Assembly (NCBI RefSeq): GCF_006345805.1
Contig: NC_043004.1
Location: forward strand, 106,578,001 to 106,642,000
Source: Octopus sinensis
Lineage: Eukaryota
DNA: 64,000 nucleotides
Direction of reading: 5' to 3'
Position numbers and translations under genes: made by a program. A model generated the notes under the pieces. That model worked only from the letters and a program-made list of their open reading frames with translations. It was not told the origin of the DNA and did no database searches. Below, piece after piece: positions 25,627 to 36,937 of the stretch. Every line of letters begins with the position of its first letter. The stretch's first letter is position 1.

Positions 25627-27687
25627 ATGTTCAAGGCATTTACCGCAGTGCTATCGCAAAGGCTGAACAAGCACCTGGACGAAAACAAACTGTTCCCAGA
25701 AGAGCAGAAAGGATGCCGCAAAGGCTCATATGGCTGTAAAGATCAACTAATGATTAATAAAGCCGTAACTGAAGACAGCCACAGAAAGAAGAAAGGCCTC
25801 AGTATGGCCTGGATTGACTACAAAAAGGCGTTTGATAACATCCCCCACACATGGATCCTCGAAACACTAGCCATTAACAAAGTAGCACCAACAATCATAA
25901 AATTCATAGAGCACTCTATGAATAAATGGCAAACAGTCCTACACCTCCAAACAAAAGAGGGACTCATGAAAACCAAAGACATCCCCATTAGAAGAGGGAT
26001 ATTCCAGGGAGACACGCTCTCTCCACTCCTTTTCTGCTTGGCACTGTCACCTCTATCTGATATACTAAATAGAACTGGATGCGGATATAAATGTTACGGC
26101 AAAACGATCAGCCACCTTTTATATATGGATGACCTAAAACTATACGCTGCAAATGACAAACAGCTGGAAACACTATTAAAGACAGTTCATGGATTTACCA
26201 AAGAAATAGATATGAAATTTGGATTAGAAAAATGCGCCAAAGTAACCATGAAAAGAGGAAAACTAGTTAAGAGTAACAACATCACACTAGATAAAACCAA
26301 CGAAATAAAAGAATTAGACCAAAGCCAAACTTACAAATACTTAGGAATCCATGAACTAGATAAGACACAACACACACAAATGAAAGAGAAAATAAAAAAA
26401 GAATATTATAGACGAGTTAGATCAATACTAAAAACAGAGCTCAATGCTAAAAACAAGATAATAGGTATCAACACTTTAGCTGTCCCAGTTATAAGTTACA
26501 GCTACAATATCCTTAACTGGACACGAAATGAACTGTCTAAAATAGATAGGAAAACAAGAAAAATACTGACAGGATCTAGGATGCATCACCCAAAATCTGA
26601 CATAGAAAGACTATATATACAACGTATAGAAGGTGGTAGAGGCCTTATACAGCTGGAAAACTACTATAAAATAACCACCATAGGACTGCAAAAATACCTA
26701 CTTCAGAAGGAAGGAAAACTGATCCAGATAGCAGCAAAACACGAGCAAAACAAAAAACTGTTCTCAGTATTTAAGGAAGCTGACAAATACAAACAAGAAA
26801 TCATACCACCTAATAAACACAAAGAAGAAGAAGAAGATGATGATGAAGAAACAACAAAAGCTATAAAACAAATGAAATCCAAACTAAACATAGAACAGCA
26901 ACGAACCATGATAAAACGATGGCAAGAAAAGCCCCTTCATGGTAAATACTGCACTAAACTAAACGCAAAAGAAATAGACAAAGAAAAATCCCAGCAATGG
27001 TTGAGAAGCTCAGGACTCAAAGCAGAAACAGAGGGATTTTTAATTGCAGCACAAGACCAAAGCCTCCCCACCAGAAATTACCAAAAACATGTAATGAAAA
27101 GAAATATTACAAGTAACTGCAGAATATGTGGAGATGGACAAGAAACAATAAATCATATTATCTCTAGCTGCCCAGTCCTGGCTAAGAAGGAATATATTCA
27201 CAGACATGACAGAGTTGGAACCTACATACATTGGAAACTATGCCAACATTATGGAATAACAACAGAAAAAAGATGGTATAGGCACACACCAGAAAAGGTC
27301 ACAGAAAACGAGAAAGCAACCATACTCTGGGATATGCCGATACACACAGATAGAGAAATTAAGGCCAACAGACCAGATATAGTTGTCAGAGATCATGAAG
27401 GAAAAAAATGCTTTCTAATTGATGTATCAATACCGGCAGATGACAACGTGTCTCTAAAAGAAATGGAGAAACTCTCAAAATACAAAGACCTGGAAATAGA
27501 GGTAACTAGAATGTGGAATCTGAAAACAGAAACAATTCCTATCATAGTAGGTGCATTAGGCATGATAAAAAAATATTCAGACAAATACATAACAAAAACA
27601 CCAGGACTTACAAACACATATAACATACAGAAAATTGCACTACTAGGCACTGCACACATCCTACGCAGAACACTTTCCATACAATAA
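25627..27687 (+). CDS. R4/Dong-clade non-LTR retrotransposon ORF (5'-truncated): reverse transcriptase, CCHC zinc knuckle, restriction-like endonuclease
   Basis: Uninterrupted 686-aa frame: EEQKGC, WIDYKKAFD, GIFQGDTLSPLLF, YMDD, CRICGDGQETINHIISSC, RHD, RPDIVVRD..IDVSIP..KLSKY. The poly-N N-terminus in the track is only the flanking microsatellite. Confidence 0.92.
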   Translation: MFKAFTAVLSQRLNKHLDENKLFPEEQKGCRKGSYGCKDQLMINKAVTEDSHRKKKGLSMAWIDYKKAFDNIPHTWILETLAINKVAPTIIKFIEHSMNKWQTVLHLQTKEGLMKTKDIPIRRGIFQGDTLSPLLFCLALSPLSDILNRTGCGYKCYGKTISHLLYMDDLKLYAANDKQLETLLKTVHGFTKEIDMKFGLEKCAKVTMKRGKLVKSNNITLDKTNEIKELDQSQTYKYLGIHELDKTQHTQMKEKIKKEYYRRVRSILKTELNAKNKIIGINTLAVPVISYSYNILNWTRNELSKIDRKTRKILTGSRMHHPKSDIERLYIQRIEGGRGLIQLENYYKITTIGLQKYLLQKEGKLIQIAAKHEQNKKLFSVFKEADKYKQEIIPPNKHKEEEEDDDEETTKAIKQMKSKLNIEQQRTMIKRWQEKPLHGKYCTKLNAKEIDKEKSQQWLRSSGLKAETEGFLIAAQDQSLPTRNYQKHVMKRNITSNCRICGDGQETINHIISSCPVLAKKEYIHRHDRVGTYIHWKLCQHYGITTEKRWYRHTPEKVTENEKATILWDMPIHTDREIKANRPDIVVRDHEGKKCFLIDVSIPADDNVSLKEMEKLSKYKDLEIEVTRMWNLKTETIPIIVGALGMIKKYSDKYITKTPGLTNTYNIQKIALLGTAHILRRTLSIQ

Positions 27688-27781
27688 CCATCAGAGCATC
27701 ACAACAAATCACAGCACATACCCAAGGCACACAGAGCTGCGCTCGGTAGTGAAGTGAAAGCACGCTATAAAAATAAAACTA

Positions 27782-27785
<4 letters not shown>
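25627..27785 (+). mobile_element. 5'-truncated Dong-like element inserted in an (AAT)n microsatellite
   Basis: (AAT)n lies on both sides (25567-25628, 27786-27862) and the 3' UTR is ~98 nt. TAA-repeat targeting is established for Dong elements. Confidence 0.85.
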
Positions 27786-27839
<54 letters not shown>

Positions 27840-27899
27840 TAATAATAATATAATAATAATAATTATCATTATTATTATTATTATTAGTATTATTATATG

Positions 27900-28760
27900 T
27901 GCGTGTGTATTTTTTCAATGTATACAAATACCACGGAAAAAATAGTTACCAGGGAGACAAAAATTTATAAAAGTGCCAAGGATTTTACAGCCTACTTATA
28001 AAGGCAGAAGTTCCAAGGTTTAGTGAAATGTCCTTGTATGACATAGAAAAATTAAGAAATAGAATTAAACGCAGGTGTTACTTTCGACATATGTTTCGAA
28101 GAAAACATTGGTATTATTCCTGAGGGAATAAAATGATGTAAAACAATGTAATCATCTCATCAGGGAAAAAAGAGAACAAAATACATCAATTAGCCATTTT
28201 AACTAAATGTGATTACCGCGTATATGATGAAGAGAACGCTGGCAAGTTATTTTTTTAAGAAACCGTTAATAGATTTAACGTCAAAGGCAATTTAGAGAAA
28301 GAGGAAGAGAAAGAAAGAAATTAACAGAAAATTAAGAGTGGCGAAATATAGTACGATAGATGAGTGGAAATAAAGCTTAAAGGCGTGTAAATAGATGTTT
28401 GTAAGGGAAATGAAATGTAAGAAGATAGTCAAAAATTGAATTATATAGATTGGTAGAAAGTGTTTATAGGAACTAAAGGTATGGTTTTGCTAATGTTTGC
28501 AACGATAAACGCGTTTTGTAAACGTGTTTACAAGAGAATTCTCCGAGAACAGAATGAGATACTGTTCTTCGGTACAGAGCGGACAAAAGGATTTACCTTT
28601 ATCATATGGAAAGGATCTAGATAGAATATTCCATTTCAAACCAAATTGTTTATTATGTTCCTTTAGAAACCAAATTAAGTTACTGAGCATATGTCGGAAG
28701 TATAAATATTTGAATAACACCCGCGTGCATCCATTTCAAAGTAAGTTTATCTTAATATAT
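27900..28760 (-). mobile_element. Penelope-like element 3' remnant (GIY-YIG endonuclease C-terminus and 3' UTR)
   Basis: ORF 28720-28490: LSNLIWFLKE..FGLKWNIL..Y..CPLCTEEQYLI..RCKH, matching the PLE endonuclease C-terminal LS.YIW.LK..Y.IKW.I..C.LC..EK..CRH pattern. An HHR lies downstream on the same strand. Confidence 0.75.
28081..28170 (-). ncRNA. Type I hammerhead ribozyme motif in the PLE 3' UTR
   Basis: Minus strand: ttttcc-CUGAUGA-gatgattacattg..caatgttttcttc-GAAA-catat-GUC-gaaag. Stem II pairs 10 of 13, stem III is palindromic ACAUAUGU, and stem I has a bulge. Confidence 0.7.
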
Positions 28761-29390
28761 TTTTGATGTGACTCTACCCTTTACTGTTCTCTCTCCCCCT
28801 TTCGTTTTTTTCTCTCATTCTTTCTCTAATTCTTTTTTATTCCCTTCACTGTTTTCTCTCTGTCTCTCTCTCTCCCTTCTCCTTTACTCTCTCTCTCTCT
28901 CTCTCTCTCGTTGCTCACACGTGACCATCGTCTATCTTTCTTTTCCTCGCGTGATCATTTTCTTTTCCTTCAGTGCTGTCGTACAGACTGCTCGTATTTC
29001 TATTTGTCTCCTCTTCTATCTTTTCTCTTGTCAAAGGCAATATTTCTCCAGCGTTCGCTACTTTACCTCGCCTGGTCTAACGATCCTCCATGTTTGTTTT
29101 CGTTCGGTTACCTTGTATATCTCCACTGTCCTGTTTTTGTTACCAACTTTGACCCTCCGCAAAATCCCAACGAAATTGTTTACACATACACTTCATATGG
29201 TTTAGATGAAATCGTATTTTGCAATGAATTTTTTTTTTGTAGATGGGGAGCAGTTTCAAAAACTTCACACTAAGAACTTTCAGAAAAATTTGTACTTTTT
29301 AATTAATTTTCTACAAATACCTTTCAGAGTGTGGAAATTACGATTAATTATATGAAAAAAAATTAGTGGGCTTACACATATACTTGTGAT

Positions 29391-29700
29391 TGCACATGGC
29401 CTAGTGGTTAGAGCAGCGGACTCGCGGTCGAGGGATCGCGGGTTCGAATCCCAGACCGGGTGATGTGTATGTTTATGAGCGAAACACCTAAGCTCCACTC
29501 GGCTCCGGCAGAAGGTAATGGGGAATTTCTGCTGACTCTTTCGCCACAACTTTCTCTCACTCTTTCCTCCTCTCCTACATCTTGCAGCTCACCTGCGACA
29601 GACCGGCTTCCCGTCCAGGTGAGGAACCTATACGCCAAGGAAACCGGGAAACCGACCCTTATGAGCCAAGCATGGCTTGAAAAGGAACAAACAAACACGT
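29391..29700 (+). mobile_element. tRNA-derived SINE, family C, with well-preserved Pol III boxes
   Basis: A box tggcctagtgg (29397-407) and B box ggttcgaatcc (29441-51). The tRNA-like head runs into a SINE body with no acceptor-stem closure and ends in an (aaac)n tail. Confidence 0.8.
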
Positions 29701-31092
29701 ATACATAATGACACATAACAAATATCCACAAAATGGAACTTGAAATTTCCCGAAAAATTGTGAAGTGTGTCAGTATGTACGTTTGCGTGTTCACCATTTT
29801 CCTTTTCGCATTAAATTTCGATATAATTGTAATTTACACATTCTGAGATATTTGTAGAGAATTTCTTTAAAAAATATCCATTTTCTGAAAGTTTTAGGGA
29901 AACAAAGCCGATTCGTGTGAATTTTAAAAAACTTCTCTCTCCGCTCCCCGGCAAAAGTTTTCACAACAAATTCCGATGTAATCGGAATCTACACCATCTG
30001 AAGCATATTTGTAGAAAATTCCATTAAAAGATATCCATTTTTCTGGAAGTTACGAGGAGACGAAGTTAGGTGGTGGGGGAACACACTTGCATAGGTATGT
30101 CCCCCACCCCAGCTCTAGATCCAAAAGTGCCGCCCCCGTAAAAGCATCATTTGTGCAAGGCCTCCCACCCACAAAAAAAAAAAAAAAAAACTAAGCTCCA
30201 CCCACAGCTACGTAACTGCTTGGAGGAAAGAAATGAGACCGTGTGGTATTGTGTCCTTCTGAAAGGTGTCAGCAATTTGGACGGAGCTCAACCATGAAAT
30301 GAGACGACAGGGTTTTAAGACGACAGGTGGGATTTTTAAGGATATTTCGCTATTTGTTGCAGGTCGATCCACAATGTACAGGTTCACACTCCATGACACT
30401 CAAACAAATCGACCCTGGTACTATTTTCTTAAAAGGTGATATTTATTCTACCGGTCTCTTTCACCGATCCGCTAAGTTATTGGACGTAAACAAATCAAAG
30501 CAATTTGTGAAATGGTAGGGAGACACACACAAACACACACACACACACACACGCACACACATTGTGCATCTGTGTGTGCGCGCGTGCGTGTGTATATACT
30601 TACGTATAAAGAGGCAAATCTCTTTACTTTTGAGATGTCTGTATATATATATATTATTGAACTCCCTTGTAAAAACCGTAGCTGAAACCCCTTCTTATCG
30701 GTGGTGAGAATCGTCGGTGTAGATGAGTGGTTCTTAACCTAGTCAGTAGAACACATTGTCACCGATATGTACCTTATTGTGGTGAGGCAAATATGAAATG
30801 GAGAGTAATGAAGTCCACTGAATGTTTGAAGGTGTTGGCAGAGGAATATTTAAATCAGGTATTTAAATCCGAGTTCTTTTAGAGGGCTTAGAAAACCTCA
30901 AGGACTGCTGCAATAAGTGTGTGAATTTGGGAGGGGAATATTTTGAATGAAATCATAATTAACTGATCCTCCTCCCGTATTTTCTTTTACCCAAAGCCAG
31001 GAACTGTTCAGCGTCCCCTCGTATTCCGAATTTCGCTTTCATCGGACTTTTCCTCGTAAAAATTACATAAATAAATAAATAAGTATATACGG

Positions 31093-31177
<85 letters not shown>

Positions 31178-31180
<3 letters not shown>

Positions 31181-31750
31181 GAACAATCTTACTTAGAAAT
31201 GGATGCGTGCGTTCAGTCATATATAAATAAATAAATAAAACATATGCATATATACATACATATATGTACGTACCTACCTCTACAGGACACAAAAAAAAAA
31301 CGTCGAACACAATGAGAAACGAAAACATTAACACAAAACCGAGGAAATGGACAATTTTTTAAACGACGAAAAAATAGAGTACAGGACATACAAACAAGGA
31401 AAATTCCCCTTCTTCAGTCGCCTTAATTTCATCTACTCCACGTTTCGAAGGCCAGGCGATACATGACTTCAATGATATTTTCCTTCCCGCAGAAATCAAA
31501 TTAAATAAAATTTGAGATTTTTTTGCGGAGGGGTAAAAATGGTAACAAAAACAGGACAGTAACGACAGTACAAAATATAAACAGGACAACGGAGAATAAC
31601 AGTAACACAAACCAGGAGGGCTGTTAAGCCAAACGAGATAAAAAATTTTTTGCGAACGCTACATACACATATACATATATATGACACAAATGTATGAAAA
31701 ATGACGACGAACATTAACGAAAAAATATCAAAACAAATTCATTTTAATCA
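31178..31750 (-). mobile_element. Penelope-like 3' UTR fragment attached to (TA)n
   Basis: Aligns by eye with 57262-57512, and partly (opposite strand) with 29100-29190. It abuts a long (TA)n at 31097-31177. Confidence 0.5.
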
Positions 31751-32959
31751 TGAAAAATTCGATGAAAAAGGATGGATTGTTGAAAAAATACGAAGTCCAT
31801 TTGTTTCAAAATTTGGAATGCAATATTTGTGATGAACTCGTGCAGTTACCGAATGGTATACTAGAGATCGGAAAATGGCACTCAGAAAAGGTTCTGTAAG
31901 GATAGGAAGATGGTTTAGTGAAACAATTTGAACCAAGATGGAAAAGAAGAGCGCAATCAAGATGGAATTGGAGGCGCATTGTGATTAGCGGTGTTTAACA
32001 ACAAAAGATTGTGTGGTTGATACAGGTGATGCAATATTTATATTTTAGACACATTTTCAAAAAGAAAAGAATCAGGACTGTGTTATCAGCGAGTATAAAT
32101 ATGATTAATGATTCTGACATATTAAGGCGGCGAGCTGGCAGAAACGTTCTGAGTTCAAATTCCACCGAGGTCGACCTTGCCTTTCATCCTTTCGGGGTCG
32201 ATAAATTAAGTACCTCCCCCTGTGCCTAGAGTAGGAAAGAATGGTGTGACAAGGTCCAACATAATTTCGTTATATAAAACTTCTCATCGTTTGTTATTAA
32301 GTTTCCATAAAAATGTAACAAAGGCGCAAGTATCTAAAAAGACATTTTGGATGGAATGTTAAAAGAGATTATGAATAATAAACCACTGCACAAATTTAGA
32401 TTATGTTTAATTAAAATAAATTATTTGTTTTATCTTTCATCTTTTAATTGTTTTAGTCATTGGGCTGCGGCCATGCTGGGGCACCGCGCTGAAGAGTTTA
32501 GCAAATCGAGCCCAGGACTTATTATTTTTCAGGTCTGGTACTCATTCTATCGTAAACAAACCAACACCTGTTATCAAGCGATGAAGGAGACAAACACGAA
32601 GACAGGAGATGGTAAAATAAAGTACCAATCAAGTACTGAGGCCTATTCAATCAACTACCCTCCTGCATACGCGCACACACACACACACACACAAATATAC
32701 ATACATACACGCATACACATGTTTATGTGCATATATGTAATTATATATATATATATATATATATATAGCAATAATAATTCTCTAAATGAGATATAGACAG
32801 TAACTGCTCCATAACATAAGGGACTAAAGCCATCTGAATATGGCTAGGGACAGGGCAGGGTGGTGGGGGTGTTACTGTTGCATTTAGCCCCAGGCGAACA
32901 TCAACGTCGCCAGATAGGCTTGACACCATCACGGCGTCCTTTATCCTGCAAAGGGAGAT

Positions 32960-33053
32960 AATTCCCCGATGAAGCGGAAACCACACACGGACCTAGGTTT
33001 CAAGGTGTATTGCCTATCATCAACGTGTGGTAGGCCCCCGCTTCCTCGACGAA
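32960..33053 (-). ncRNA. Type I hammerhead ribozyme motif (C3U variant), forward-unit copy
   Basis: Reverse complement of 33408-33491. Confidence 0.65.
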
Positions 33054-33407
33054 CAACTCACTCTGCAGGATATTTATATATAGATTTTCAAGCAAAATAC
33101 ATTTGCTGATTTCGAAAATCTGTTCGACAGCAATAATAATTCTCTAAATGAGATATAGACAGTAACTGCTCCATAACATAAGGGACTAAAGCCATCTGAA
33201 TATGGCTAGGGACAGGGCAGGGTGGTGGGGGTGTTACTGTTGCATTTAGCCCCAGGCGAACATCAACGTCGCCAGATAGGCTTGACACCATCACGGCGTC
33301 TATATCTCATTTAGAGAATTATTATTGCTGTCGAACAGATTTTCGAAATCAGCAAATGTATTTTGCTTGAAAATCTATATATAAATATCCTGCAGAGTGA
33401 GTTGTTC

Positions 33408-33491
33408 GTCGAGGAAGCGGGGGCCTACCACACGTTGATGATAGGCAATACACCTTGAAACCTAGGTCCGTGTGTGGTTTCCGCTTCATCG
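33408..33491 (+). ncRNA. Type I hammerhead ribozyme motif (C3U variant)
   Basis: cacacg-UUGAUGA(33435-41)-tagg caataca cctt-GAAA(33457-60)-cctag-GUC(33466-68)-cgtgtg. Stem III is palindromic ACCUAGGU. Stem I is 6 bp, extended by gaagcgg/ccgcttc. The pair closing stem II is U.U (non-canonical). Confidence 0.65.
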
Positions 33492-33671
33492 GGGAATTAT
33501 CTCCCTTTGCAGGATAAAGGACGCCGTGATGGTGTCAAGCCTATCTGGCGACGTTGATGTTCGCCTGGGGCTAAATGCAACAGTAACACCCCCACCACCC
33601 TGCCCTGTCCCTAGCCATATTCAGATGGCTTTAGTCCCTTATGTTATATATATATATATATATATATATAT

Positions 33672-34850
33672 CAGTGGTGACCCCGGCTCTGTGGCTGTTC
33701 GGGCTTAACCTGAGTATAAATTTAGTAAAGTGAACGTGTATTTGCAAGCTGATTTCATTACTGACTTCTTCAAGTGTGTAATTGCAGCCAAGAAATCGGG
33801 CTCCTTTTATTGAGCCTGGTCGCAGTTCATTTCTTTTCGTTCACCGTCTGGCGGTCGTCTTAGAGTTGCCCTGAGTCAAAAAATGTCATTCGTTGCAGAC
33901 GTTCTCTCGACATCGTTCACATTCGCCTGACTCGGGCTCAGAAGTTACAACCCGAGTTGTTATCTATAATCGTGAAAATTAAAAGGAATTCAAATTCAAT
34001 GTTTTCTGGAAGCAACAAGCTTCTGTAGAGATTTAAATTCGAATCTATGAAAAGTTTCCGTTCTACAATATTCTTAAAGGAACGAAAAATTACCCAGCAA
34101 CTCAGGCTAATACGAACGAGCATCGTAGATGTAAAAGACTAACTGACATCTCTTGTTAAGAGTATAAGCGACGGTCGGATTGCTGGTGTTTGTTGTGCAC
34201 TCCGCTGTCGTTGTTCGATTGCTGTTATTCTGTGTGTCTGTGTGTAAAGATCAGTTGTGATTTGCAGGGTTTGCTTTATTTTTACCCTTAACTTAGAAGT
34301 GGAGAAACACATAGTACTAGATATAAGAAAAATAATAAGCTATTTGGGGCTAGAAATATCGCGGGAAAACGTGAAATTCTTCGAGTAGGCAGGCCGACTT
34401 CTTCGTTGAAAACTAAAGTTGAAACTCGAACATTCCAGACAAAATGGTATAAAGAGATTGATTGGCTTTGTGCAATTGATTGGCTTTGCGCCACAGAGAA
34501 ACTCTACGGCTGGTCATATTTATTGTTTCAACTAAAAGCTAATCAGTCGTGGACAGGTGGAGGCTATAATAATTATGAAAACATCCTGAGTGACTGAAAG
34601 CATCACAGTAAATCAGTGAGTCATTTAAGTAGTTATGAAAGCTTGAAGACTTTCGGACTGTACGATATTGTGACAGCCATTAGTGAGTCTGCTAAACTGG
34701 AAAAAGAACGACATAACAAAGCAGTTGACAGATGCAGTGTTGTACGAGTGTAAACAAGAGAGTTGCCTTTACGTGGACAAAATGATGAAGGAAGTGACAG
34801 CCTTAACTGAAGAAATTACCGTGAACTATTGCAGTGTTTTGCTGAAACCG
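33672..34850 (+). mobile_element. hAT transposon 5' part (TTF zinc finger / DUF4371, ZMYM1-like transposase remnant)
   Basis: CAGTGG terminus at 33672. Remnants RTFQTKWYKEIDWLC..EKLY.W..LLF and KQ.LPLRGQNDEGSDSLN..NYRELL at 34400-34850, with frameshifts. Confidence 0.75.
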
Positions 34851-34927
34851 ACAGCGTATTTGCGCTCTAGTAGAAGATACTTGCCCAAAGTGCCACGTAG
34901 TTGCAAAGCGAGCCTTTTTAATCATAC

Positions 34928-35066
34928 AGCCATCTCTGTCCCCTATACCAACAAGCTCTCCAGCCATCTCTGTCCCTATACCAACAAGCTCTCCAGCCAT
35001 CTCTGTCCCTATACCAACAAGCTCTCCAGCCATCTCTGTCCCTATACCAACAAGCTCTTCAGCCAT
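34928..35066. repeat. 33-bp minisatellite x4
   Basis: Unit cagccatctctgtccctataccaacaagctctc. Confidence 0.95.
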
Positions 35067-35339
35067 GTCTTTGATGAGAACCTTCTAACTGAGCCTCTCA
35101 ACTAAAATCTTCATCAACCTCTCTTTTCGTGTGCTGTAAACTTCCTGTCAAACTGTACCATTCTTGTGCGTGCAGAATGGGTTTTCTTCCTCTGGCCGAC
35201 TCTCAATCCTCCTGAACCCAAAGAATCTGTGCAGTCTCTCATAACCTCTATCCTTAATTAGCTTATGAAATACAAAGACTGTTGTAGTTGCAGAGAGCAC
35301 AATAAAATGTTCAGACCATACGAAATATTGATTTCAAAT

Positions 35340-36044
35340 TTTGGCACAAGGCCAGCAAGTTCGAGGTGGGGGTAAGTCGATTACATCGACCCCAGTGTTC
35401 AACTGCTACTTATTTTATCGACACGAAAAGCAAAGTTGACCTCGGCGGCATTTGAACTCAGAATGTAGAGACAACGACCATATGAAATATTGCGTTTCTG
35501 ACAGCTGCAAGATACAGTATTATTTCCTCTCTGAATAATTTCAATATTGGTTTCAAATTTTGGCATAAGGCCAGCAAACTGGGAGAAGGGGTAAAATGAT
35601 TACATCGACCCCAGGGCTAAACTGGTACTTATTTTATCGACCCCGAAGGGATGAACGGCAAAGTTGACCTCGGAGGAATTTGAACTCAGGACCTGGAGAT
35701 GGACGAAATGCTGCTGGACATGTTGCCCGGCGTGTTAACCATTCCGTCGCCGTCTTAAATGGTTTCGATATTGTCATTACTATATGAAACCATTTGTCTC
35801 AAACCTGTTCGACCCAAGTTACAATATATTCTTTTCTACTCTAGGCACAAGGCCCGGAATTTATGGGGATGGGGCCAGTCGATCTGATCGACCCGAGTAC
35901 GCGACTGGTACTTAATTTATCGACCCCGAAAGGACGAAAGGCAAAGTCGACCTTGGCGGAATTTAAACTCAGAACGTAAAGACGGACGAAATACCGCTGA
36001 GTATTTCGCCCGGCGTGCTAACGTTTCTGCCATCTCACCGCCTT
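35340..36044 (-). mobile_element. Cluster of three SINE-B copies, the last with a 15-bp TSD
   Basis: caagttacaatatat at 35815-29 and 36045-59 flanks the copy at 35830-36044. Confidence 0.8.
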
Positions 36045-36937
36045 CAAGTTACAATATATCGCTATTTCCCTTACATCAAGTTGACGGTTGGAACCGGTAT
36101 TTTCTTGCAGAAGAGGAGTCTTCTCAATTGGCATCTCGTACAGGTCGCAGTTGTGTGTTGTTCGCTGTTCATGTCGACGTAAACTGACCCTGGAATCTCG
36201 TGAATAACAGCATAATACAAAATCCAGTATACAGCATCATGCCACTATTCCCGAAAATGGTAAGAGTCATTTATCGAAAAGTCCCCTTTTCTTCTTGGCG
36301 TCAAATTATCATTCTTCAGCTGACGGAAGGTTTCCATTATTTCTTTTTTGACAAAATTGTGCAAACGTTTCCAAAGGTCATTACCGATAAGAAAAACGAT
36401 TCCAAATCGATACCAAATCGTGCCCGTAAATCATCGATAACTTACCTTTGTATTTGCAACACATATCATAATAGCAAAAACAAAAAAAAACAAACATGCA
36501 ATACAATATCATTCTGACGTCTGCATGTTTACCGTCGTATTTATTTGTGTATAAGTCGCACCTCTAATTTTCTGTTAACTCTTGGTATAAAATCGTTTCC
36601 CTTTATAGCTTTAGCTTTGCCTCCTATACAAATCGCATCCAAGTTTTTTTGTTTTTCAGTTATAATCAAGTATAAAATAGTGCGACCTATGCTTGAGTAA
36701 ATAAGGTAATTTATTTTAGTACAAAGGACATTTCATATATACATTGATGAATCAGATCCTTAAAGAAATGACAGTGCTTATGCACTTATTTACTGCAAAG
36801 GAAACGTTTAAGAGGGGGAAGCTGTAAATAGAAACATTAAAACAATTTCGACAAAAAGAGTGAAAATTGTGCCAATCCCCGAAACTAACGATTGATTTAT
36901 TTGCCGAAAAATTCAAAACAGTGACAATCAGTAACTA

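Larger units (their letters stand above)
32767..33647. mobile_element. Very young retrozyme-like insertion: 362-bp unit x1.47 forward plus x0.97 inverted, between (TA)n tracts
   Basis: gcaataataattctc starts at both 32768 and 33130. The inversion junction at 33298-33300 has GTC microhomology. The copies appear identical. Confidence 0.8.

Noticed and set aside
29391-29462. tRNA-Arg-like gene
   Set aside because: Acceptor-stem pairing is missing and it runs into a SINE body, so it is a SINE head.
31020-31065. CCGAUGA-aagc-GAAA minizyme-like motif (also antisense in the 362-bp unit)
   Set aside because: No stem II and no compatible stem I.
31425-31500. Minus-strand gaagg/ccttc stem plus GAAACGU in the PLE-like UTR
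   Set aside because: The core is unrecognisable (CUGCGG) and the cleavage position is G. It is at most a decayed HHR.
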